A stretch of DNA of 64,000 nucleotides, from IMG/VR virus record IMGVR_UViG_3300022660_000042. One strand, written 5' to 3'. Positions 17,552-25,927 of this stretch are shown here, one piece after another. Source of the DNA: a virus (taxonomy: Duplodnaviria > Heunggongvirae > Uroviricota > Caudoviricetes). Below the pieces are notes generated by a model. The model was given only the letters and a program-made list of their open reading frames with translations, was not told where the DNA came from and ran no database searches. The translations under genes were made by a program, and so were the position numbers. Each line of letters opens with the position of its first letter. The stretch's first letter is position 1.

Positions 17552-17738
17552 ACTTATGAGTCTTATCGAGTTCTACCGTTTCAATAGTACATCCAGCTTC
17601 ATACTTTTCACGAATGAAACTTTCAAGTTCTCCGCGAACTTCAGTTTCCGTTTCGCCATAACGCTTAAAAACAAGCGGTCCTGGAATACCTTCAATTAAA
17701 ACCAAGCACTTATAACGTTGTTTCATTATTTTTCCCAC
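17463..17738 (-). CDS. hypothetical acidic protein
   Basis: 91-aa ORF whose 3' end overlaps the annotated 5' end of the RNA ligase ORF. Confidence 0.4.
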   Translation of the reverse strand: MGKIMKQRYKCLVLIEGIPGPLVFKRYGETETEVRGELESFIREKYEAGCTIETVELDKTHKYEPKKKVEKKNDDLAEEPTPETAEQAQTP

Positions 17739-18391
17739 ATGGCATCGGTTTTGACCAGTTCATCAATGCTTACTGGACGATACCATGCTTCCCAGCTAAC
17801 ATTGTTTTCGACCATTTTGCCGTTATGGTTATCGACAACGCTAGTCTTGTTGAATTCATGCGTATGACCATGAACGAGATAGTCAATAGGCTTACCTTCC
17901 GCAAGATACTGGTTCAATGCGGTCGGGTCACCAGTTGTACCGTCATGTTCATTAATCGTTTCATCATAATTATAATGCTGCAACAGATAGTTCTTACCAT
18001 TATACGTAAGGTAAATGTTATCCTTTACCATAGTAATGTTCGGAAACATAGTTTCCTTGACCGGATAGAGCTTCTTGAACAGAGCATAGTCATGATTACC
18101 ACGAATCATATACATGTGCTTGAAATTCAACTTGTTCGTGTAATAATCGCCAAACACTTCAAGCAACTTGCTACCGGGAGTACCGAGAGTAAAATCACCG
18201 AGGAAAATGACAATATCATTCGGAGAAACAACAGAATTCCATTGCTTCACAATATCTTCATTCATTTCCTCGACGGTTACGTACTTTCGTGTACGGTCAA
18301 AATGATCCTCGTAACTCGTGCAGAGTTTACGATGATTAACGTGCAAGTCACTGACAATAAAAATCTTTTCGTTGTGTAATTCTAGTTCCAT
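17726..18391 (-). CDS. calcineurin-like metallophosphoesterase
   Basis: Motifs SDLHV (DxH), GDF, GNHD and GHTH in canonical order. Start moved to ATG at 18391 (MELELHNEK), 6 nt downstream of a TATATT -10. Confidence 0.75.
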   Translation of the reverse strand: MELELHNEKIFIVSDLHVNHRKLCTSYEDHFDRTRKYVTVEEMNEDIVKQWNSVVSPNDIVIFLGDFTLGTPGSKLLEVFGDYYTNKLNFKHMYMIRGNHDYALFKKLYPVKETMFPNITMVKDNIYLTYNGKNYLLQHYNYDETINEHDGTTGDPTALNQYLAEGKPIDYLVHGHTHEFNKTSVVDNHNGKMVENNVSWEAWYRPVSIDELVKTDAMWEK

Positions 18392-18397
18392 AATGCA

Positions 18398-18432
18398 AAT
18401 ATAATAAAAATAAGGCATTTTGTAAATGCCTT
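18398..18432 (-). promoter_or_regulatory. promoter (TTTACA-17-TATATT) with -35 inside a terminator-like hairpin
   Basis: Plus-strand AATATA at 18398..18403; hairpin AAGGCATTttgtAAATGCCTT at 18412..18432 contains the -35 (plus-strand TGTAAA). Confidence 0.5.
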
Positions 18433-18600
18433 ATTTTTTGTCACCAGATTTTGGAAACCGGTAACAGAGCAATACTAATAAAATTGTTTCAAGAATTACA
18501 TAGATTATCGAAAACTGAAGCTGTAACAATGAACAGAAAATGAACATTGTAAAGAACACTGATAAAAACGTGTTAATAATGAATAATAACAGTTTTTCCA

Positions 18601-18807
18601 TTATTCCTCAACTTCTTCTACCAAATCCTTGATTTTTACAATTTTAGGTTTTTGACCATTCAATTCAAACGCATGTGTATTGATATAGTCAGTACACTGT
18701 GCGGAAGAATCGAAAGTATATGCTGAGCGCGGATTTCTGGTGGTTCCCCAACCATTCCAATATTCTGAATCAATCTTAAGAACGTAATAATATTTAAGCA
18801 TAGCCAT
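18601..18807 (-). CDS. hypothetical protein
   Basis: 68-aa ORF. Confidence 0.35.
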   Translation of the reverse strand: MAMLKYYYVLKIDSEYWNGWGTTRNPRSAYTFDSSAQCTDYINTHAFELNGQKPKIVKIKDLVEEVEE

Positions 18808-18819
18808 CTTTATATATGA

Positions 18820-19938
18820 TTACTTCTGCAGATAATCTTGAATAATCTTTTCATGATGGAAACCCATCTTCGGAAGATTACCGACACTGAACCATGCTGC
18901 ATCCTTCGCATCGTCGCCGGCCTTAGCCATCTTCTTTTCCTTACCAGTAACCCTTACAGATACTGCTGTATCGATAATACGCAAGCGTGGGTCAAACATA
19001 TGGCTATAGGTCTTAATCTGTTCGAACTTTTCAACTGGGAGGTTCAGAGACGTTTCTTCGCGGAATTCACGCTGTGCTGCATGTTCCAAAGAAGCATCAG
19101 CCTTTTCAGGAAGTCCGGTTTCCTTATTGATATAATCAACCGGATTAAAGAATCCACCAGGAGTACAGAAGTAATTCATATACGGTGGTTTCCTACGGCG
19201 AATCAACAGAACTTCATCACCGGAAATACCGACAATATCAACCGTGTTTGCAAACTTTCCCCAACCCTGCTTCTTATAGTTTTCAATCCACTGCTTTTCA
19301 AGTTCAGTATAGTTGGTCGGATTCTGGTCATAAAGACTGTTTGTCTTAATCGGATTATCACGGTCATCCGTAAGTTCGCCTTCTTTTCGGATATATTCAA
19401 ACACTGGCTTGCTAATCAGTGTCTTAACATCCTTATAGTGGCATTCCGGATTACGGTAGAAAATTTTACGAGCTTCGCTACTGGAAATACCTTCAGTCTT
19501 AATACCCATGAGATAAGTACAATCATAACCGTACTTCGATTTCAATGCACCATCATTATCATCACGAGGAATAACCAAGAACTTATAGTTATTCAAAAGC
19601 TGATTACCGAACTTCCACTTTCCGTTAACCAAAGAATACCATTCGTCTTCGCCGATAACAATAGTAATATCCTTATCCTTGGTACCGAACTTATGGGAAA
19701 TGAATTCATAAGTCCTGTTATTCTGAACGAGAATCGTAGGATTCAACTTTCGTGCAGTCATTGCGACCTTAACCATCGCGACACGTTCATCTACCGGAGT
19801 CTTATAATTCTTTTCGTCCGTATTGGAAACAAGAACATAAAGTTCATCGCCCTTACGAACCTTTTTGCTCACTGCCTTAATAATAGCTTCATGAGCGTGA
19901 GTAATCGGATCAAATGCACCACCAATCAAATACTTCAT
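18820..19938 (-). CDS. bifunctional NMN adenylyltransferase / Nudix ADP-ribose pyrophosphatase (NadM-Nudix, NatV-like)
   Basis: N-terminal GGAFDPITHAHEAIIK ((H/T)xGH nucleotidyltransferase motif). C-terminal Nudix box GGFFNPVDYINKETGLPEKADASLEHAAQREFREETSL. Confidence 0.8.
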   Translation of the reverse strand: MKYLIGGAFDPITHAHEAIIKAVSKKVRKGDELYVLVSNTDEKNYKTPVDERVAMVKVAMTARKLNPTILVQNNRTYEFISHKFGTKDKDITIVIGEDEWYSLVNGKWKFGNQLLNNYKFLVIPRDDNDGALKSKYGYDCTYLMGIKTEGISSSEARKIFYRNPECHYKDVKTLISKPVFEYIRKEGELTDDRDNPIKTNSLYDQNPTNYTELEKQWIENYKKQGWGKFANTVDIVGISGDEVLLIRRRKPPYMNYFCTPGGFFNPVDYINKETGLPEKADASLEHAAQREFREETSLNLPVEKFEQIKTYSHMFDPRLRIIDTAVSVRVTGKEKKMAKAGDDAKDAAWFSVGNLPKMGFHHEKIIQDYLQK

Positions 19939-19940
19939 AA

Positions 19941-20333
19941 TTATCTCCTAATATTTCCACAAGATGTATGAGCGTCACCCATAATATCGCCCTTGACTGT
20001 AATGTTTCCTGCATGGGTTTCAACATCACCTGAAACATCACCACCAATTTCGATATTACCTGCTGCACTTTCAACATTACCCATGACGTCGCCAGAAACT
20101 GTAATGTTGTTTCCCTTACATACCTTATCTACGTCACCATAGACCGTAATGTTAATAACTTTATCTTTTACAGTAAAAGACTGATTACCAACAATAACAG
20201 TTTCACCCGAAATCTTAACAGAATCTGCGCAAATAGGTTCTTCAACCTTTTTACCGTTAATTTCAATACTATCTGTGAGGCATAAACCTTTGAGAATATC
20301 TTCAGCCATAGTTTTCCTTATGTTTTTATACAA
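19941..20333 (-). CDS. bactofilin-like protein (beta-helical repeat)
   Basis: Repeated VxGxVxGNIxxGGDVSGDVETHAGNITVKGDIMGD pattern typical of the bactofilin (DUF583) domain. Confidence 0.55.
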   Translation of the reverse strand: MYKNIRKTMAEDILKGLCLTDSIEINGKKVEEPICADSVKISGETVIVGNQSFTVKDKVINITVYGDVDKVCKGNNITVSGDVMGNVESAAGNIEIGGDVSGDVETHAGNITVKGDIMGDAHTSCGNIRR

Positions 20334-20365
20334 TATAGCAAAATTAAAGGGCTTTGTAAGCCCTT
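20332..20365 (-). promoter_or_regulatory. promoter/-10 (TATATT) plus hairpin AAGGGCTTtgtAAGCCCTT
   Basis: Plus-strand AATATA at 20332..20337 and hairpin at 20347..20365, between two minus-strand genes. Confidence 0.45.
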
Positions 20366-20369
20366 ATAA

Positions 20370-20651
20370 TTATTTAATCGTATATGTTTGACCTTCGTAC
20401 TCTACAACACGTTCTTTCTTAGGATTTTTAACTTCGACTGCGCACATCTTAAGAGAAAAACCACTTGTAGTTTCAGCTGTTACTTTTCGTCCAGCGTCAT
20501 CATCTCGATATGCAAAGCAAGGACCCATACCAGTAATATCCGCTTTTTCATGGAGGTCGCTAAGAATCATTATAGGAATCCCGAAAAAAAACAATCCCAA
20601 AATTAAAAACAAAACTGGAACTGTCCTATCTAATTTCCACATTATATCCAT
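20370..20651 (-). CDS. hypothetical membrane-associated protein
   Basis: 93-aa ORF with one hydrophobic helix. Confidence 0.4.
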   Translation of the reverse strand: MDIMWKLDRTVPVLFLILGLFFFGIPIMILSDLHEKADITGMGPCFAYRDDDAGRKVTAETTSGFSLKMCAVEVKNPKKERVVEYEGQTYTIK

Positions 20652-21061
20652 TATTTACCACCTTTAATGAATGTTTCATATTTTGAAAGGGTATTACTGT
20701 CAATTTCCGGTTTTTTATGTGTGTGCACCAACCGATACAAAAAACAAGCAAATGTATACGGTGACTTTAAAATTGTTAAAATTAGTGCAAACAAATTATG
20801 TACTATTGCTATACCTGTAATAATTTCAGCTATTGCCAAACCTAGAAGTGCAGCACCGCTATTAATTACAGACCATCCAAGATAGCATGCATACGAATGT
20901 TCATGCAAATAACAATTTTGTGCCGCACAAACAATTGTCTGGTTTTCATTGTACATTACAAAACAGGTTATAATGGATGCAATAATTATTGTTGGAAGCC
21001 AGTCAAAAAGAAACAGATTCAAGCTATCTGAATCGTTATCTGTCATATATTTCCAAGTCAT
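20651..21061 (-). CDS. membrane protein
   Basis: 136 aa with multiple hydrophobic segments. Confidence 0.45.
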   Translation of the reverse strand: MTWKYMTDNDSDSLNLFLFDWLPTIIIASIITCFVMYNENQTIVCAAQNCYLHEHSYACYLGWSVINSGAALLGLAIAEIITGIAIVHNLFALILTILKSPYTFACFLYRLVHTHKKPEIDSNTLSKYETFIKGGK

Positions 21062-21065
21062 TCAA

Positions 21066-21407
21066 TTACCCCTTATGCTTAAAATATGTTCTGAACAACC
21101 ATGGCGCTTTCTTAACCTTTTCGGCAAATTCTTCCATAGCTTTATATGCAAAAATTGCTCGATTATCGTCGTCAATCTTTACAGTATCTCCGTAATACAG
21201 TTCATTAAACAATGTGACAAAATCATCGGAATCCAAATACTTTCGAGTAGTATTATGTTTTTCATGAATTTCGCCGAGAGTTTCGCGAACATGAACTGAA
21301 CTGTTCTTGATAACCTGATTTGCCGCAAGATACTGGGCAAAATAAGCACCGATACCGATACCGATACCAATACTAACAATTACAAGTATTACAATAAAGA
21401 CTCCCAT
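21066..21407 (-). CDS. membrane protein
   Basis: N-terminal TM helix with a GIGIGIG motif. Confidence 0.45.
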   Translation of the reverse strand: MGVFIVILVIVSIGIGIGIGAYFAQYLAANQVIKNSSVHVRETLGEIHEKHNTTRKYLDSDDFVTLFNELYYGDTVKIDDDNRAIFAYKAMEEFAEKVKKAPWLFRTYFKHKG

Positions 21408-21409
21408 AA

Positions 21410-21964
21410 TTACCCCTTCAGAATACCGGCGTGACGTGCCGCAGTAATTGTGGTCAAATCTGTTCCTTGTCCATCAGCAAAAGTAAGCTTCGTTGCGGAA
21501 AAAGAAACAGTATAATACGGATCCTGATTTGGCCTGCTGTTAGTCAACTCCAAAGCGCTGAGTCCACAAACCTTCACATTTTCATACTTGTACTGGCCCA
21601 AAGGCATATGCGGATTATGATTATAAATTTCAAGGGTAATCTTTGCGACTTCGTTTCCATTCTTCAACAAATCAACCCAGAATGCGTAATCAACAATAGA
21701 TGTACGCTTAAAGACGAGCTTAAAACTAAGGTTAGAAGAATCCGTAAATTCACGCATTGCATCAGATTCTCCCGGGTGACTTGCAGTAATTGCTGAACCT
21801 TGACTGGAATTAAGATGGTCGCTAAAATGACCACCCCATGCAGCAATCAAAGCATTATTGCTTGTAAAGCGAGATTCTGCATTTATATTGAAATCAAACT
21901 GTGCCTTTAAACCGTAACCGTCGGGATTTGCAACTTCTTTTTCAGGATAGACTTGATTGTTCAT
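21410..21964 (-). CDS. hypothetical protein (beta-rich; possibly Hcp/tail-tube-like fold)
   Basis: 184 aa, alternating beta-strand-like pattern. Any Hcp resemblance is weak. Confidence 0.4.
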   Translation of the reverse strand: MNNQVYPEKEVANPDGYGLKAQFDFNINAESRFTSNNALIAAWGGHFSDHLNSSQGSAITASHPGESDAMREFTDSSNLSFKLVFKRTSIVDYAFWVDLLKNGNEVAKITLEIYNHNPHMPLGQYKYENVKVCGLSALELTNSRPNQDPYYTVSFSATKLTFADGQGTDLTTITAARHAGILKG

Positions 21965-21988
21965 ATTGGTTCCTTTTGTTTATGCATA

Positions 21989-22017
21989 TAATATAGTAAA
22001 AATATTCATATTTGTCA
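21989..22017 (-). promoter_or_regulatory. sigma70-type promoter TTGACA-17-TATATT
   Basis: Plus-strand AATATA at 21989..21994, TGTCAA at 22012..22017, exact 17-nt spacer; followed upstream by hairpin AGGCTGACttgcGTTAACCT at 22030..22051. Confidence 0.6.
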
Positions 22018-22082
22018 ACCTAAAAAATAAAAGGCTGACTTGCGTTAACCTTTTACCCTCACACATCCAATATTCTTTTTTC

Positions 22083-24011
22083 TTACTTCTTTGTTTCGGA
22101 GAACAAATCAATAAGAGTGTCCTTGCTCAACTGAGTCAAATCAAGTCCAACTTCAGAATCCTTATCGGAATCGTCAACAAATGTAAAGCCTGCTTTTTCA
22201 AGAATCGGCTTCAGGTTGACGAACGAACGACACTTATTCTTGAGGTTTTCAATATACACGTCTGCATATTCATGATTTGGCACACGTCCACCACCTTGAG
22301 TAAGGTCCATGAGGAATACCTTATTGTCTACAATAAGTGCACACTGCTTTTCGCGTTCATTATCAACTGGAATGATAAATTCAGCGAGAACATTGTTCGG
22401 ATCCACCTTTACATCCACACGCTGGCTATAATAAGCATCTTTCTTAAGCTTCTTCTCTTGACGAGCAACGAAGAACTTAAACTGAGACTTAGGAGAACCA
22501 TTGTACTGGTTTACCGATACCTTGCCATCAGGACACTTACAGTCAATGTAGAACAATTCTGTTGCTTCCGGACGAGCTGTAGTCATATCACCCGAGTAAA
22601 TGATCTTATTCTCATGGTCCTTGTAACTTGCGTTCCAACCATAAGTACCTCCATTAATGTCATACATATGAAGGTCAAAATCCTGGGTTCCCCATTCTCC
22701 ACGCCAATAGATACCAACAACGTTGTGGTCGTCGGACATATCAACGGAAGTGCCAAACGGATAATTACCGATGAAGTTCTTTTCAGAAGTCGGCATTGTC
22801 AGATTGACATGCTGAGGATAACGAACAGTACATGCCTTATCCTTGATAGACTTGACCAACGAATCTTCAAGAAGATTGTAGACAACCATCAAGTAGGAAT
22901 TCAATTCCTGATTAGGCACCGGAGCATCCTTACGAACCCACATCTTGCCGTTACGAATTACATACATCTTTCCGCTAGCATTCTGGAGCTTAGCGAGAAT
23001 ACCCTGCATGAGCGTGACCTTCTTGAAATTGGTGATTTCACCCTTTGCAAGACGTTCACGAACTTCGTCCAGCTTCTTGTGTTCAGAAAGTACAGTTTCC
23101 CAGAAACCTGCAGTAAACGGCTTATGGTCAGTAACAGCCAAACGACGGATATGGTTAATAACCGAGGAGTTTGTCTTCTGTCCAACAACAACGGCCTTAA
23201 GCTTTGCTGCGGCCTTTCTGAAAGCTTCATTCTTGAAAACTGCCGGCTTACCGTCAACCTTTTGGTTCTTGAACGCTAAGAATAACGGCTTGAAACGATA
23301 GAAAATCGAAGCGAGAGCGTGTAGCTGCTCATCCGACAACTTCGTAAAGTCGACAGTTTCTGCCTTTTCCTTAATGGCCTTGATAGTCTTTCGGTCCTTG
23401 ATAAGCATGGCGCTGCCAGTTGCCTTAAAGACGAAATAACGTAACATGTTGAACGGGTCCTTGCCGTAGATACCTGTTGCATCCATCAATGCTATGGAAG
23501 CTTCCTTATTCTTGATGGAATCGACGTCGAGTCCATAAGTATTGAAACGCTTATCTTGCGTAATGAAGTTCACAAGGACATTAATGGTTTCAGTTTCAAG
23601 GGCAATCCCGGACTGGAGCATCTTTACACAGCGTGTATAAATTTCCTCGTCAGTCGCAGGCATAATAACCTTGAATGAATTGTACGGAATTTCTACGTCC
23701 GGAGCGTTGTTTGGAATATACGCATCGCCCGTATAATTTGTGCCATAAGTAGAGGCATAATGAAGAAGTTGATCTACCAACAGTTCAAAACGCGTCTTGG
23801 ACGTAATGTCAGACCACTTAGCATAAAACGTCTTATTGTAATTGGTCTTAGCTTCAGCATTCACCCAGTCAAGGGCAAGCTTCGAGCAACAGTCGGGATG
23901 AATAATCCAACCATACTTTGCTGATTCTGCGTTAACCTCTTCAAAAGAGCGCTTAGAGTTACCTTCTGCCTTAGGCATGACATTGAACATTGTAATCAAC
24001 TTAAGATTCAT
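22083..24011 (-). CDS. large hypothetical protein (642 aa)
   Basis: Long uninterrupted ORF with RBS AGGAAAAATT-ATG and an upstream promoter at 24103..24131. No motif I could assign. Confidence 0.6.
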   Translation of the reverse strand: MNLKLITMFNVMPKAEGNSKRSFEEVNAESAKYGWIIHPDCCSKLALDWVNAEAKTNYNKTFYAKWSDITSKTRFELLVDQLLHYASTYGTNYTGDAYIPNNAPDVEIPYNSFKVIMPATDEEIYTRCVKMLQSGIALETETINVLVNFITQDKRFNTYGLDVDSIKNKEASIALMDATGIYGKDPFNMLRYFVFKATGSAMLIKDRKTIKAIKEKAETVDFTKLSDEQLHALASIFYRFKPLFLAFKNQKVDGKPAVFKNEAFRKAAAKLKAVVVGQKTNSSVINHIRRLAVTDHKPFTAGFWETVLSEHKKLDEVRERLAKGEITNFKKVTLMQGILAKLQNASGKMYVIRNGKMWVRKDAPVPNQELNSYLMVVYNLLEDSLVKSIKDKACTVRYPQHVNLTMPTSEKNFIGNYPFGTSVDMSDDHNVVGIYWRGEWGTQDFDLHMYDINGGTYGWNASYKDHENKIIYSGDMTTARPEATELFYIDCKCPDGKVSVNQYNGSPKSQFKFFVARQEKKLKKDAYYSQRVDVKVDPNNVLAEFIIPVDNEREKQCALIVDNKVFLMDLTQGGGRVPNHEYADVYIENLKNKCRSFVNLKPILEKAGFTFVDDSDKDSEVGLDLTQLSKDTLIDLFSETKK

Positions 24012-24102
24012 AATTTTTCCTCATTAAAAGTGTTAAAGCGAGAAGTAAGTATTTTGCCTAAATTATAATGATATAGGAACATCCTTTGCTTTAACGGTGT
24101 TA

Positions 24103-24131
24103 AATATAGTAAATTGTTTGTGTTTTGTAAA
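24103..24131 (-). promoter_or_regulatory. sigma70-type promoter TTTACA-17-TATATT for the 22083..24011 gene
   Basis: Plus-strand AATATA at 24103..24108 and TGTAAA at 24126..24131, 17-nt spacer. Confidence 0.55.
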
Positions 24132-24139
24132 CCCTATTT

Positions 24140-24307
24140 TTAAAGGTTTTTTAATGCTTTTTTCCAAGCCTTTACTTTCTTCTTGGATTCTTTGCTCAGT
24201 TTTAATCCGAAAATATCCATTAGTGCATTGGCAGTATCAACACCTGCCAAACGACTTTCGAGTTCTTTCTTCTTTAACGAATTTTCCGTTTCCAATGAAC
24301 TTCCCAT
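24140..24307 (-). CDS. small basic hypothetical protein (55 aa, possibly leaderless)
   Basis: ATG at 24307 lies 8 nt downstream of the -10 of the promoter at 24316..24344. The track ORF start at 24325 would sit inside the promoter. Confidence 0.35.
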   Translation of the reverse strand: MGSSLETENSLKKKELESRLAGVDTANALMDIFGLKLSKESKKKVKAWKKALKNL

Positions 24308-24315
24308 ACATGTAT

Positions 24316-24344
24316 AATATAGCAAGTGTATTTTATTTTGTAAA
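24316..24344 (-). promoter_or_regulatory. sigma70-type promoter TTTACA-17-TATATT
   Basis: Plus-strand AATATA at 24316..24321 and TGTAAA at 24339..24344, 17-nt spacer. Confidence 0.55.
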
Positions 24345-24356
24345 CCCCTAAATATA

Positions 24357-24388
24357 AAAAAGTAGAGCCGGTTGACTCTACTTTTAAA
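24357..24388. terminator. rho-independent terminator hairpin
   Basis: AAAAGTAGAG-ccggttga-CTCTACTTTT inverted repeat with flanking A- and T-runs, downstream of the patatin gene. Confidence 0.65.
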
Positions 24389-24402
24389 TTAAAACCCGAA
24401 TA

Positions 24403-25272
24403 TTATCGATTTTTTACAAAATCTAAAATATCCTTTTTAACTGATTCGTAGTAGTCATCCCAGATTTTCATAACTAAATTAATAGTTTTATCTGATACAT
24501 CATCCATTTTTATCTTTTTTGTATAATTCGGAGATGCATTGAAAACATACTTATCGCCGAGAATGGCTTGTGCTTCATAAATTGGTGATTTTGAACTTCT
24601 TGCTACCCAATCTCCAATCATATATTCTGCCCATCCTAACAATGTTTTATTTCCATGTTCTGTATTTGGTGTATTCATTCCAGTATTAAAATTTAAAAGT
24701 TTAAGATTTCGATTGCCTTGTTTAAATTGACCAGCAATAACTATATCGGCAGGGTTATTTGCCCAACAGCCACCGTCCATATAAGAGTTTCCATCTTTTT
24801 CTATAACATCAAAATATGTAGGTGCTGCTGTTGATGTAAGTACAGCAAATGCCTTTGTTGTATCTTTATCACCTAAATCCCACACTTTTTCTACAGAAGC
24901 ACCATTCATAAATGTTGTTGTAATATAGATAGGTTTTTTCCAATCACTAACTTTACCTTTAAGTTTTTCTTCTAAAATTTTTTTAAGATTTGTATTATCA
25001 TATGTTGGACACGTTGGTTTAAGTCGTTTATACCAGGAATTTTTTGTAAAAATTTTCTTTAAATTATCTTGGTATAATTTAAATATATCATGTGCACTCA
25101 TACCTTCATTCATACATGCAGCAACTATTGAACCCGTAGAAGTACCAGTATATGCTGATACATAATCACCTAATTTTTTACCTAGATCTTGTTCCAATCT
25201 GCACATAAATGCTAAAGGTCCCATAGCCAAGGCTCCACCACCTTCAATACTTAAACACAATTGTTTGCCCAT
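24403..25272 (-). CDS. patatin-like phospholipase
   Basis: Oxyanion-hole GGGALAMG (GGGxxG) near the N-terminus and nucleophile elbow GTSTGS (GxSxG); DGG near the end of the domain. Confidence 0.8.
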   Translation of the reverse strand: MGKQLCLSIEGGGALAMGPLAFMCRLEQDLGKKLGDYVSAYTGTSTGSIVAACMNEGMSAHDIFKLYQDNLKKIFTKNSWYKRLKPTCPTYDNTNLKKILEEKLKGKVSDWKKPIYITTTFMNGASVEKVWDLGDKDTTKAFAVLTSTAAPTYFDVIEKDGNSYMDGGCWANNPADIVIAGQFKQGNRNLKLLNFNTGMNTPNTEHGNKTLLGWAEYMIGDWVARSSKSPIYEAQAILGDKYVFNASPNYTKKIKMDDVSDKTINLVMKIWDDYYESVKKDILDFVKNR

Positions 25273-25303
25273 AAAATTCTCCTAATATAATTTTATATTA
25301 TAT

Positions 25304-25822
25304 TTATATAATTATATTATTCCGAATTTTTTCTATAAGTATATCCAACTCTTTTCTTTTTAAAATAATAACATTATTTTTTATCATGCATTCTTGTTTT
25401 TCCAGTTGTAATTCTTTTGTAAATGGATTTATTAATTGATTATTATCATTAAAGAAAAAATCTCCTTTAACTTCATAAAATTTACCATTTATAATAAAAT
25501 CTGGCTTATATTTATGTTCTTGTTCTTCTTTAATATAAGTAAACGTAATTTTTGGATGATATTCAAACACATTCTTACTGGACTGTAATGCTTCATATAA
25601 TTCATATTCCCAGTGAGAATCGAAATATATATCATTATAATAAAAACCATATACTGTATGTGATTGTGTATTTGGATTTTGACCGGGATTTTTATAACCA
25701 GTTTTTTCATAATATGTTTGCTGACATTTAGCAAATGATTCAGGATTCGACCAATTATGGTAATACCCTGTTTTTCTAAAATATTCTTCAGAACGTTGTT
25801 TTAAATGTTCTGGATTTTTCAT
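25304..25822 (-). CDS. repeat-containing protein (tandem ~23-aa YFxKTGYYHNWSNPES repeats); same frame as upstream ORF across a single TAA
   Basis: Repeats continue upstream of the annotated ATG through 25823..25927 with no stop until the TAA at 25930..25928. Confidence 0.5.
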   Translation of the reverse strand: MKNPEHLKQRSEEYFRKTGYYHNWSNPESFAKCQQTYYEKTGYKNPGQNPNTQSHTVYGFYYNDIYFDSHWEYELYEALQSSKNVFEYHPKITFTYIKEEQEHKYKPDFIINGKFYEVKGDFFFNDNNQLINPFTKELQLEKQECMIKNNVIILKRKELDILIEKIRNNIII

Positions 25823-25927
25823 ATTATGAGTATAACCAGTTTCTTTAAAATATGTATCTATACATTTTTGTCGTGAATCTGGATTAGACCAATTATGATA
25901 ATATCCGGTTCTTTGAAAATATGTATT

